NCBI GenBank assembly: GCA_021399395.1
Contig: JAAFKJ010000126.1
Span: forward strand, 1-25,712
Origin: Candidatus Heimdallarchaeota archaeon
GTDB lineage: Archaea; Asgardarchaeota; Heimdallarchaeia; Heimdallarchaeales; Heimdallarchaeaceae
Reading direction: 5' to 3'
DNA: 25,712 nucleotides
A program made the translations under genes and the position numbers. Below the pieces are notes generated by a model. It saw only the letters and a list, made by a program, of their open reading frames with translations. It was not told the origin of the DNA and did no database searches. Shown piece by piece: positions 9,365 through 18,599 of this stretch. Each line of letters starts with the position of its first letter. Positions within the stretch are counted from its first letter, which is position 1.

Positions 9365-9515
9365 GAAGATTACCTTAAAGTGAACTTACAAGAAGGTAGG
9401 TAGAATTTTTCGTCTGACTACATAGACCTTCTTGGATAGGGCACCTATTTGAAAGGTAATAGTCTTTACAGCAAAATGCAACAAGATTCAGACTTGCTGT
9501 TTCATTCATTTTGCA
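9365..9515. ncRNA. Candidate structured RNA or cis-regulatory leader (three-way junction plus hairpin)
   Basis: Nested complementary pairs 9369-9376/9453-9460, 9389-9397/9426-9434, 9400-9403/9418-9421 and 9436-9440/9444-9448, then a separate hairpin 9471-9478/9507-9514. I do not recognise a known family. Confidence 0.3.
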
Positions 9516-9644
9516 TAAACAATCGAGAAGTTCTTGTTGATCATCTCAATATATTGCATAAACTAGAGGAAGAAAAAGAGAAACTAAGTATTTCAGCTCA
9601 AGAATGATTATAAGTGTCTTAAGATGTATTGAGTTCTGAATATT

Positions 9645-10382
9645 ATGAAAAGAAAGAGTTTAATCATTGCCATAATTGTGATTATTTCATCGTTTGCATT
9701 CTCTTCTTCACCTGTAAATCAAATTCATGCACAGACTGATGTAAATATCCTATTTTTCATCGAAGATGCTTTTGGTGAGAGTTATTACATCAATAAGGGA
9801 ATAATGGAATCATATAACTGGACTGTTACAACTGCAAGTTCAAAGAGTTTTATTGTTGGATGTAAAAATGATGGTAAGAATGTAACTGACACATATGCTG
9901 ATGTTCTTGTTGGAGATATAACAGATAAAGATCTATTTGATTACGATTGTATCCTTGTTCCAAGTGGAGGTCATTGGGGCAATGTGATGGGTGTTGCAAG
10001 AGTAGTCGAGATTATTCAATCATCACATGAAGAAGGAATATTAGTTGCTGGAATTTGTACTGGTATGATTGTACTTGCATATGCTGATATCCTTGAAGAA
10101 GTGGAGGTTGCATATAATATACATGCTACTGAATGGTTAAATTACGCTGGTGCTAATATGACAGGTTATCCTGTTGTATCTGATCAAGGGATAATAACTG
10201 GAGGATTTGGTGGGGGTTTAGGCAGTGGACCTGAGGGAGCTCCGAACGAATTGTTTTGTGAAAAAATCAAAGAAGAGATTGAGTCACGAACTACCCAGGT
10301 TGCTTTGTCGTCAATACTTGTCCTTACAGGAATTCTTGCACTTTGTATAGTTTCAGTACAGCGAAAATATGCAAAAAGATAA
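9645..10382 (+). CDS. DJ-1/PfpI-family protein with signal peptide and C-terminal membrane anchor
   Basis: MKRK + hydrophobic signal ending in IHA. YDCILVPSGG, nucleophile motif AGICTG, VVSDQGIITG. C-terminal hydrophobic helix followed by RKYAKR. Confidence 0.85.
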   Translation: MKRKSLIIAIIVIISSFAFSSSPVNQIHAQTDVNILFFIEDAFGESYYINKGIMESYNWTVTTASSKSFIVGCKNDGKNVTDTYADVLVGDITDKDLFDYDCILVPSGGHWGNVMGVARVVEIIQSSHEEGILVAGICTGMIVLAYADILEEVEVAYNIHATEWLNYAGANMTGYPVVSDQGIITGGFGGGLGSGPEGAPNELFCEKIKEEIESRTTQVALSSILVLTGILALCIVSVQRKYAKR

Positions 10383-10406
10383 TAACATCTTTCATCACTT
10401 TAAATC

Positions 10407-11849
10407 ATGACCTATGATACAATCATAATAGGTTCAGGTCTAGGTGGACTTGTCGCTGGAGCAAAGCTTGCTAAAGAGGGGAGAAGTGTACTATTAGTTG
10501 AGCAGCATTCTAGTACTGGTGGTTATGCAACATGTTTTACTCAGAATAACTTCACAATAGATGCTGGATTCCATTCGATGGATGGGTTATACATACAAGA
10601 TCCAAAAATCAAAGTTTTCGAAGATTTGGATGTATATCTCAATATCGAATTTCTTAAGATTCCAACTGGTTATCTGAGATTTACAAATGAGAGGATAGAT
10701 TTTAGATTGCCAGATACCATAGAAAAAGCAACTAAAGCTCTGATCCAACAATTTCCTAAAGAAGAAAAAGGAATTGTTTCATTTTTTAAGATTCTAAAGA
10801 ATGTATCTTCTTCAAAGTGGAAGGATAAAACTGCTGGAGACATGCTAGATTCTTTATTCAATAATGATGATATTAAGCTTATACTCACTGGAACTATACA
10901 ATATTATGGCGATGATCCTTACACTGTGTCAGCTTTAGCTTTTGCCACAGCTCTATCAAGAAATTTTGAAGGAGGAAATCATTACATTAGAGGAGGGTCG
11001 ATGAAACTAACAGACTACTTTGCAAATCTCATAAAGGAACATGGTGGAAAAACCGTACTGAATAAGAAGGTAACAAAGATCCATCTTGATGCATTCGAAA
11101 CCGTTACAGGTGTGGAGTACGTTTCAACTAAGAATGATGAAACTATTACTACACAAGTGGATGCGAAAAATGTTATACTAAATGCTTCAGTACCTCAAGC
11201 AGCTTTCGAGTTACTTCCAGAAAATGAAACCACCATCATGTTAAGAGAATCTGTTAAACACATGAAATTAGGTCATTCGGTTTTGAACATTTACTTAGGA
11301 TTCAACACTACTCTAGAAAAACTTGGACATATAGATTATCTGACAGTTGTCAATGATAAGAGTGTTATCAGATTAAGTGATATATTTTCTAACAATAATG
11401 GTGGTTATTCAAGAAAGAATTTTCTCTTTATTGATTATGGGCAGATAGAATCAGGAATGGCTCCATTCGGAAAAAGCACAGGTGTTATCAGTACGGTAGA
11501 TTACATAGAAAATTGGGATAAATTAAGTAAAGAGGAATATGCAACTAAGAAAAAAGAGGTTGAGACAGTTTTCATTGAACGTTTGAATAAACTAATCCCT
11601 GATGTGAAAAGCCATATTGAATATGTGAGTGTGGCAACTCCAATGACTATGAAGAGATATACACTTAATCCAAAAGGGTCAACAATCGGTTTTGCACGAA
11701 CTCCTCCACAAGTGGGTATGTATCCGTTAAAATCCCCAATAAAAAACCTTTATTTTTCATCAACATGGTCAATTCCAGATGGTGGATTTACCTCAATAAT
11801 CACAGCTGGTTGGAATAGTGCTGTTGCAATATTGAGAAAAAGGAGATAG
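10407..11849 (+). CDS. Phytoene desaturase (CrtI)/retinol saturase-like FAD-dependent oxidoreductase
   Basis: Rossmann IIIGSGLGGL...EQH..TGGY, IDAGFH, YIRGGS, ATPMTMKRYT.NPKGS, SPIKNLYF...PDGG. Confidence 0.85.
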   Translation: MTYDTIIIGSGLGGLVAGAKLAKEGRSVLLVEQHSSTGGYATCFTQNNFTIDAGFHSMDGLYIQDPKIKVFEDLDVYLNIEFLKIPTGYLRFTNERIDFRLPDTIEKATKALIQQFPKEEKGIVSFFKILKNVSSSKWKDKTAGDMLDSLFNNDDIKLILTGTIQYYGDDPYTVSALAFATALSRNFEGGNHYIRGGSMKLTDYFANLIKEHGGKTVLNKKVTKIHLDAFETVTGVEYVSTKNDETITTQVDAKNVILNASVPQAAFELLPENETTIMLRESVKHMKLGHSVLNIYLGFNTTLEKLGHIDYLTVVNDKSVIRLSDIFSNNNGGYSRKNFLFIDYGQIESGMAPFGKSTGVISTVDYIENWDKLSKEEYATKKKEVETVFIERLNKLIPDVKSHIEYVSVATPMTMKRYTLNPKGSTIGFARTPPQVGMYPLKSPIKNLYFSSTWSIPDGGFTSIITAGWNSAVAILRKRR

Positions 11850-11865
11850 TATCAACTATTTTCTT

Positions 11866-12858
11866 TTAGCTAAATTCAAGTTTGTTTATGGTTAAATAAT
11901 ATTTGTAAACTAGATGACTCATTGCAAAGAGAAACTGTGGAAAACTCTGGTTAGGGTTCATTTCAATGTATGTATCTAAAATAGATTTTTCATGATTAGT
12001 GAGATAGAAGACCATTAGCTCCTTGCATAGAATTACTAGATTAGGCGATAATTCTTGGAGAAGAGTAGCTTGTTCAGTATTGAATCTTCGTAATCCATCA
12101 GAGGAAGATTTTGGGAAAGCTATTGTAGAATTAACAAGTAAATCTAATTCTACTAGATTTCTTTCAGTAGGTTCTTCAACAATGTTGTCATCAAGAAATT
12201 CAGCAATTAGTTTTAGAACTACTTCATCTAAATAAACTAAAGATTCCAGAGTGTCTGCAACATTCTGTATCCATTTTCTTATCTCTGTGAAAGGAAAAGT
12301 TTTTTCTCCAGCTGGAGCAGACTTTAATTGCGCTTTCCAGTCTTTATAAACCTGGGATACGATTTTTTCAGATATGATCATTTTGATTTCAATGAAGCCT
12401 AAGATTGATTTTATTATGATTTGCTTACCAGCTTCTTTTGGTTGAAATATATACATGCTGTTACGGATTTTATCTGTTATTTGAAAACCTGAGATGTTCT
12501 TTCTTTCGAAAGTTTTTGTGTCGTATTCTTTTTTTGTCATAGCTACTTTTTGGGGGATGGGAATTCCAAGCGATTTATACAGATCTTGTTCGTCTTCAAC
12601 TGAAGAGAAATCTCTATCTGTTTCATAACCATAATGCGTCGATTTAATATGAACTTGAGATCTAACAGTTAGAAAGCTGTCAATAAAACATTTGATAGCA
12701 GAAAGGTTATCTTGAGCACATCGATGAACATCCACAAACTCTAAAATTGCGGAAAGAGTGTCGGTTTTGAGTAATTTTGAGGGTATATTCAAATTACGTT
12801 GCTTCTGGCATTTGTTGCATTGATATTCTACCTTCTTTATACCACTTTGATCACTCAT
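11866..12858 (-). CDS. Hypothetical protein with N-terminal CxxC...HxC Zn-binding domain
   Basis: YQCNKC...EFVDVHRC...IKCFIDSFLTVR. The C-terminus is helical and may be winged-helix-like. GGGG-type SD upstream. Confidence 0.7.
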   Translation of the reverse strand: MSDQSGIKKVEYQCNKCQKQRNLNIPSKLLKTDTLSAILEFVDVHRCAQDNLSAIKCFIDSFLTVRSQVHIKSTHYGYETDRDFSSVEDEQDLYKSLGIPIPQKVAMTKKEYDTKTFERKNISGFQITDKIRNSMYIFQPKEAGKQIIIKSILGFIEIKMIISEKIVSQVYKDWKAQLKSAPAGEKTFPFTEIRKWIQNVADTLESLVYLDEVVLKLIAEFLDDNIVEEPTERNLVELDLLVNSTIAFPKSSSDGLRRFNTEQATLLQELSPNLVILCKELMVFYLTNHEKSILDTYIEMNPNQSFPQFLFAMSHLVYKYYLTINKLEFS

Positions 12859-13001
12859 TTGAAACCCCCAGATGTGTCTGAAGAATATGAACCGATTTTC
12901 GTATATATTCTTTTAGATAATTTTAGAGATTTTTGTATTGAAAATTTGATTCTATATCACGATATACTTTAAAAGCAAGTTATTTTGTTTGAATTCGGTA
13001 G

Positions 13002-14117
13002 GTGCTATACAGGTTGACTCAAGCAAAGAAGAAAAAAATAGACCCTTATGAGCAATTAACCAAAGTTTTCAATACCATTCCCCAAGGTTTTCCTACTATC
13101 GAAGATGGAACTCACTTACGTCTTCTTGAATGGATATACGAGCCTGATGAAGCAGAATTAGCTAGTAAGCTCAAATTATCTGGTGAAACTGTCGTAAAGA
13201 TGTCAAAACGACTCAAGATTCCTGAAGACGAACTTGCAGAAAAACTTGAATTGATGGAATCTAAGGGTCAAATTCGTGTCACTAGGTCTTCTAAGGGTGA
13301 AATAAAATATGGTTTGTTGCCTTTTGTAGTTGGTGTTTATGAGGAACAGATCCATAGGATGGATCCAGAGTTCGCACAGTTGTTCGAAGAGTATATTCAA
13401 AAATGTAAAGGAACAATACTCTTCTCCAAGAAACCTGCTATAACACGTGTTGTTCCAGTTAATAGTGTAATAAAAACTGAGTTAGAAATCCATCCGTATA
13501 GTCAAGCTGAGCAGATGATACTTAATGCTAAAAGCTGGGGGATTAGAGATTGCATCTGCAAAGTCCAACAAGACATGATAGGTGATCACTCGTGCGAATT
13601 TCCTGAACGAGTTTGTATGTTATTTTCTAAGAGTGAAAATCGATATGAGGGAAGTCATCAAACAACTCCCATTACTAAGGGTGAAGCTTTGCGAATCCTA
13701 AAGGAATCAGAAGAAGCTGGATTGGTTCACACCTCAATGAATGTTGAATCAGGACATACATATATCTGCAACTGTTGTACCTGTTGTTGTGGAGTTCTCA
13801 GAGGTTTCGTTGAATGGGGACAACCACAAGCTTTTGTCAAATCTGATTACGTTATTGATATTGATGTAGATTCGTGCATTGGTTGTGGAAAATGTATTGA
13901 TAGATGTCAATTTAATGCTCTATCAATTGTAGGTAAGAAGTGTGTTGCTAATGACAAATGTGTAGGTTGTGGTGTATGCGCTCTTGTGTGTCCTAAAGAT
14001 GCACTTAGTTTAGTTGATAGAAATTCGAAAGAAACAAAAAAACCTCCTAAGAATATACTAACTTGGATGTTAAAACGAGCACTTTCAAGGAAAGTGAACA
14101 TTTTCAAGATTATTTGA
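13002..14117 (+). CDS. Cys-rich 4Fe-4S-binding protein with C-terminal 2x[4Fe-4S] ferredoxin domain
   Basis: CICK, CEFPERVC, GLVH...ICNCCTCCCG, CIGCGKCIDRC, CVGCGVCALVCP. The true start may be TTG at 13014, since GGTAGGTG lies about 9 nt upstream. Confidence 0.85.
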   Translation: MLYRLTQAKKKKIDPYEQLTKVFNTIPQGFPTIEDGTHLRLLEWIYEPDEAELASKLKLSGETVVKMSKRLKIPEDELAEKLELMESKGQIRVTRSSKGEIKYGLLPFVVGVYEEQIHRMDPEFAQLFEEYIQKCKGTILFSKKPAITRVVPVNSVIKTELEIHPYSQAEQMILNAKSWGIRDCICKVQQDMIGDHSCEFPERVCMLFSKSENRYEGSHQTTPITKGEALRILKESEEAGLVHTSMNVESGHTYICNCCTCCCGVLRGFVEWGQPQAFVKSDYVIDIDVDSCIGCGKCIDRCQFNALSIVGKKCVANDKCVGCGVCALVCPKDALSLVDRNSKETKKPPKNILTWMLKRALSRKVNIFKII

Positions 14118-14158
14118 TTCCTATAAATTTAATAATCAACAATTGTATGAGAAATTGA

Positions 14159-14776
14159 ATGGATGTTGTATCGGGTCTTACAAATTATTTCTTCATAATT
14201 TATCTAGTTTTTTACATCATTTTTCACATACCATTCGATATAATTATGCTATCCAAAAAAGGTAAAGCCTCATATCCGACACCCAATTTCAAATCGACAC
14301 TTGAAGGATTATCTGTTGTTGTATCTTCCTTCCTATTCTGGTTCTACATGATCCTGAGTCCTATAATTGTCCTAACTTCTGGAAGGAATATTTTTGTACT
14401 TGAAATTATTCCAGAAGGAGCTCAATTACCTATTGTAATTGCTGGGATTGTAATCTTGTCCATTGGACTGATTGTTGGTTGCTTAGGGAGAATAGGTAGA
14501 GGGATCTATCTAGCTAGAAACGAAGCTAAACTCTCAACTAACTGGGGTCATGCTATCGTTAGACACCCATCATATTTCCTATACATTACTGGGTTTATAG
14601 GTATTCCATTTGTTGCTCTATCTCCCTATTTATTCTTATTATATCTTGGAATTCCGGGGTACATAATTACAGCTAAGTTTGAAGAAGAAGCTTTGATTGA
14701 AACCTTTGGAGAAGAATACAAAAAATATCAAAAGAAGGTAGGAAATTTATTCATAAAAATAAAAAGAAAAGAGTAG
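14159..14776 (+). CDS. Isoprenylcysteine carboxyl methyltransferase (ICMT/Ste14)-family membrane methyltransferase
   Basis: Multiple TM helices, VRHPSY motif, and EEEALIETFGEEYKKYQKKV C-terminal signature. Confidence 0.85.
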   Translation: MDVVSGLTNYFFIIYLVFYIIFHIPFDIIMLSKKGKASYPTPNFKSTLEGLSVVVSSFLFWFYMILSPIIVLTSGRNIFVLEIIPEGAQLPIVIAGIVILSIGLIVGCLGRIGRGIYLARNEAKLSTNWGHAIVRHPSYFLYITGFIGIPFVALSPYLFLLYLGIPGYIITAKFEEEALIETFGEEYKKYQKKVGNLFIKIKRKE

Positions 14777-14778
14777 TG

Positions 14779-16131
14779 TTATTTGAAAGGCCACTTCTCT
14801 AACAATCTCAAATTATCTTCCAACTTAGCTTCTTGAAGAATGTCGATAACTTCATTTTTGGTCAATTTCATAGGCATCTCTTTCATTTTGCAAAAAGCAT
14901 CTATGAAAACAAATGCAAAAGCTGTAGATATTTTTGCATCAAGTTTACTGATTTTATCAAATGTATCAGCTGAAGTATGACCATAACCTCTTCCTACCCT
15001 TGGATCAGGTTTTTCACCGAAGATACAAACATTTGGGATTCCCTTCAAGAAAAACGGATAATTATCGCTGGCCGTTATGATGTTTTTCGATATTTTAGCT
15101 TCGTATAATAGTTCATTTTCTATCTCTTTTAATTTGAGAAACAACTCTTCTATGCCACTGCAAGGGATATGCTTTGGTATATGTCCAATTAACCCATCTA
15201 AATTTATCATGGCAACTACATCGGATAGATCTGTATTGTTAACGTAAATTGTTGAACCTACAACCCCAAATTCTTCTACACCAAATGCCATAAATCTTAA
15301 GGTTCTCTCAGGAACATAGTTGAATTCCTTCATCAATCTTGAAATCTCTAGAATTGCTGCTATTGAAGCTGCATTATCGGTTGCCCCTTGAGCTATGTCA
15401 TGCCCATCGTAATGTCCACCTATGACAATAACTTCATCCTTGATTTTTCCTGGTATTTCCCATATAATATGTTTTGAAATCAATTTTGGGGTGTCATTGG
15501 AAACATTGATCTTACAGGTCAAAAAACCCTCTATTTCTAAGAGTTCCTTAATGTGTTCATATGATTCCTTAGATATCCCTATGGCTATAATTTCACCTAT
15601 TCTATTTGATCTTACAGAACCTGTAGGAAAGAGCTGACCAGGGTTGTGGTTAGCAAAAACAAACGCTTTAGCTCCAAATTCGTAAGCATTAGCATATTTT
15701 ATTCTCCTGTGTAACCACCCTTCTTCAGTATTGCCTGAGTGAATCATAACAGCTTTTCCAGGAATCTCTTTCTCCAAACGTTTCAGCTCAGTTTCAGATC
15801 CACCTGCACCATCAAGTATATTCATTTCTAGTGTTTGACTATTAGTTGAAGGAGCTAGAACAAGAGAAATAGCAGAAAATTCATACTCCTTATTTTTGGT
15901 TTTGATACTGAAATCACATTCTCCCCTCATCCAACCTTGATAATCAAATTCATAATTTTCTGCTGAGACTCCAATTCTCTCTAAAAACTGATTCATATAT
16001 TCTTGTGCTACCTTCTCACTTTCAGTACCAGAAAATCGACTTCCCATCAAGCATAAATCTTTGATAGTTTCGTATGTTGAATCTTTTGAAAGAATTCTCC
16101 CGACTATTCTTTCCTTCAAATCTTGAGTCAT
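14779..16131 (-). CDS. M28-family Zn aminopeptidase with PA domain
   Basis: SRFSGTESE, GGHYDGH, GATDNAAS, FGVEEFGVVGS, INLDG, SDNYPF, GHTSADT. Central PA insert (GKAVM...AYEFGAKAFVF). Confidence 0.9.
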   Translation of the reverse strand: MTQDLKERIVGRILSKDSTYETIKDLCLMGSRFSGTESEKVAQEYMNQFLERIGVSAENYEFDYQGWMRGECDFSIKTKNKEYEFSAISLVLAPSTNSQTLEMNILDGAGGSETELKRLEKEIPGKAVMIHSGNTEEGWLHRRIKYANAYEFGAKAFVFANHNPGQLFPTGSVRSNRIGEIIAIGISKESYEHIKELLEIEGFLTCKINVSNDTPKLISKHIIWEIPGKIKDEVIVIGGHYDGHDIAQGATDNAASIAAILEISRLMKEFNYVPERTLRFMAFGVEEFGVVGSTIYVNNTDLSDVVAMINLDGLIGHIPKHIPCSGIEELFLKLKEIENELLYEAKISKNIITASDNYPFFLKGIPNVCIFGEKPDPRVGRGYGHTSADTFDKISKLDAKISTAFAFVFIDAFCKMKEMPMKLTKNEVIDILQEAKLEDNLRLLEKWPFK

Positions 16132-16162
16132 ATTTATACATGAGGGACATGTACTTTTAAAA

Positions 16163-16426
16163 CTAACTCCCTAACGTAAGGAAGAAATCTAGCTGTTTGC
16201 GTAAAAATGTTTCATCTGCACTTCCAATTATTCGCTGATTGTTTGGAAGAACAATTGTTGGTATGGCAACAATTTCGTATTCTCCTGCTCTGGATATGTC
16301 TTTGGTAACGTCAATAATTTCAAGTTCGAGATGATCGATTTCTTTGATTATATGTCTTAAAACACCTTCCAAATACGGACACCAGCTGCATGTGGGGCTT
16401 GTGAAGAATAATATTTTAAGACTCAT
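16163..16426 (-). CDS. Small archaeal thioredoxin/glutaredoxin-like protein (CxxC) with KaiB-like C-terminal half
   Basis: FTSPTCSWC active site, cis-Pro motif AIPT, RIIG. AGGTG SD overlaps the stop codon of the upstream KaiC-like gene. Confidence 0.85.
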   Translation of the reverse strand: MSLKILFFTSPTCSWCPYLEGVLRHIIKEIDHLELEIIDVTKDISRAGEYEIVAIPTIVLPNNQRIIGSADETFLRKQLDFFLTLGS

Positions 16427-16434
16427 TTGAACAC

Positions 16435-17841
16435 CTAATCAACTATCTCTATTAATGGCATTTTATCTTTATATTTCACTACTTTTGGTAGGAATGTTGC
16501 TCCTGTTGAACTTTTCATACATTCCATATAAGTTGTATAATCTTCTCGTGAAAATCGGATAATAATATCAGCTGTAGTTCGTAATCTAGCTAACATTTCT
16601 CTGCTGATTGCATTGAAGTTTATGAAAGAGTAGGCGACAGCTCTTTTCTCCTTGATGTTAAAGGACTGTAATGCAAAATAGCGCAAGAATTCTGTTTCAG
16701 AGAGAATATTGACATCATCGGTCAAATCACCATAGATTACGACTTTTTGCTTGGATTTCTGGAAAGCTTCCATCAATTCAACTGTAACTGATATCATATC
16801 ATCTGTAGTCATCAGCTGACTCATCTCTCTTGCCTCTATTGCTGTCACAGATCGATTATATTTGTCAATGAACACGATATTTCCTTTATTCATAAAAGGT
16901 TCAATGTCACAGTCTGCTTTTTTGAAATCTTCCAAGATTCTGGAAGAGTACATATGTACATTGGAATGTATTATGACTCCCTTCTCTTTTTCTAGATGAT
17001 AGCACAATGTGCTTAAGAATAACGGGAAGTAGTTTGTTTCTCCATCAACTTCAACTAGAACAACACTTCCAGAAGGAATACCTCCTCCTAGTAGATTATC
17101 TAATTTTTCTATACCTGAGGACTCCTCGTGTATAGTTGAAATTGGGGGTTGTTCAGATCTTAGAATAGAAATCCCATCTCTGTTGATGATAAATCTGTTT
17201 TCAAAATTGATTGGTTTGGCTGAACGCAATTTAGGTATTGAAATTCGTTTGATTAGCTGATTGTTCTTAAGTTCAGTACGAATCTTGATTACACCGTCTA
17301 CAAGAAATTCTTCTATTGTAGAATATTCCTCACTCATTTGAGATTCAGCTGTTAAGACTAGAACTGCATCTTCGTTCGTTATTTCTCTGATGAAATCCAT
17401 GAAATTACTTCTTGCAGTTTTCTCGTATTTAAAATCTGCAAAGAATGCTGAAATGGAATCAAAAATAATCATTTTTGCATTAATTTCTTTCATCTTTGTC
17501 TTTGTTCTCGCAATAATAGCTGATAGATTGAATTGATCTGTTTGTACTAAATTAGTCCCTAAAGGCTTTAGAGACATCTTTTCTAGATGCAACAATCCTT
17601 TTTCAACATATGATTCTAGATTCATATTGAATGATTTTCCATAAATCATCAATTTTTCAATATCCACTTCAGTTGAAATAAATAGAACAGGTATCTCTGC
17701 TTTTAGAGCTCCAAGTGTCATGAAAAGAGAGAGAACTGTCTTTCCAGAACCAGCGGTTCCTTTAATTGCATAGCAGAAGCTTGTCCTCAAACCTCCGTCT
17801 ATCATCTTATCAAGTTCTTCTATGCCAGTAGAAATAATCAT
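16435..17841 (-). CDS. KaiC/RAD55-like double-domain RecA-superfamily ATPase; second domain degenerate
   Basis: Domain 1: STGIEELDKMIDGG, Walker A GTAGSGKT, Walker B IIFDS, LVDGVI, PKLRS. Domain 2: SSGIEKLDNLLGGGIPSGS, with VDGETNY where Walker A should be. Confidence 0.88.
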   Translation of the reverse strand: MIISTGIEELDKMIDGGLRTSFCYAIKGTAGSGKTVLSLFMTLGALKAEIPVLFISTEVDIEKLMIYGKSFNMNLESYVEKGLLHLEKMSLKPLGTNLVQTDQFNLSAIIARTKTKMKEINAKMIIFDSISAFFADFKYEKTARSNFMDFIREITNEDAVLVLTAESQMSEEYSTIEEFLVDGVIKIRTELKNNQLIKRISIPKLRSAKPINFENRFIINRDGISILRSEQPPISTIHEESSGIEKLDNLLGGGIPSGSVVLVEVDGETNYFPLFLSTLCYHLEKEKGVIIHSNVHMYSSRILEDFKKADCDIEPFMNKGNIVFIDKYNRSVTAIEAREMSQLMTTDDMISVTVELMEAFQKSKQKVVIYGDLTDDVNILSETEFLRYFALQSFNIKEKRAVAYSFINFNAISREMLARLRTTADIIIRFSREDYTTYMECMKSSTGATFLPKVVKYKDKMPLIEIVD

Positions 17842-17963
17842 CTTTTGTCAATTATATAAACAACTTTACTTCTATAAAATAATATCTAAAGTTGTATATG
17901 ACTTATCCTGTTTTCTAAAATATCTCAATCTATTTATATCAATATTTAAAGAACTAGCTTGTT

Positions 17964-18515
17964 ATGGGTTGCAAATTTCAAGCTCAGATGGTTGGAAGAC
18001 GAATAATAGTATGGAATATCCAACAAGGTATGGAACTATATTCAAGTGGTTTCTATGGAAAACCTATTGGTGTTCGTAAACCTCAATTAGGAGATGAATT
18101 TAGAGACCCTTCAGAACTTTCACCATTTGAAGCAATGTATTTGCTTGATCACAAACTAATATCAATTAAGGACGAGAAGGATAATTCTTTATCTAAGAAA
18201 GTCTTCCAAGAAAAATGCACAGATCACTTCCTCAATTTTGCAAGTAAGATGAGGGTTTATCGACATTTAAGAGATTTAGGATATATAGTTCGACCAGGAT
18301 TGAAGTTTGGTGTTGATTTTGCAGTTTATATCAAAGGACCTGGTTTAGAACATAGTCCATACATGGTACAGATTATTGAGAAGAACGGTAAAATTGATCC
18401 AATTGAATTAGTGAGAGCAGGCAGATTAGCTACAACTGTAAGAAAAAATTTTGTTATAGCTTCAACGATTAAAAACAAACTACACTTCTTCATTTTTGGT
18501 AGATTTAAACCTTGA
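17964..18515 (+). CDS. endA: tRNA-intron (splicing) endonuclease, catalytic subunit
   Basis: ELSPFEAMYL, VYRHLRDLGYIVRPGLKFGVDFAVY..GPG.EHS, RLATTVRK. The Tyr/His/Lys triad is present. Confidence 0.93.
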   Translation: MGCKFQAQMVGRRIIVWNIQQGMELYSSGFYGKPIGVRKPQLGDEFRDPSELSPFEAMYLLDHKLISIKDEKDNSLSKKVFQEKCTDHFLNFASKMRVYRHLRDLGYIVRPGLKFGVDFAVYIKGPGLEHSPYMVQIIEKNGKIDPIELVRAGRLATTVRKNFVIASTIKNKLHFFIFGRFKP

Positions 18516-18599
18516 AAGTCAGCATGAAATTTTAAAATCATCACTGCTGTGCCTTTTTTACTACCATAAAAGATTAAAGGAGTGAAAAATATCCTTTAG

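Noticed and set aside
9365-9467. Hammerhead ribozyme, or cobalamin/SAM riboswitch identity, for the stem cluster
   Set aside because: GAAA is present but no CUGAnGA precedes the corresponding stem. The AGGTGCCC on the minus strand is not followed by the other cobalamin riboswitch core elements.
14159-14776. ICMT-family enzyme as a CaaX-processing partner of the small GTPases
   Set aside because: None of the four GTPases ends in a CaaX or Cys motif (they end GTD, RPV, GRR and DEY). The family is widespread in prokaryotes and the gene is not adjacent to them.
16163-17841. Bona fide circadian kaiBC clock
   Set aside because: No kaiA is present, the second ATPase domain lacks Walker A, and the EE catalytic pair and ST phospho-pair are not intact.
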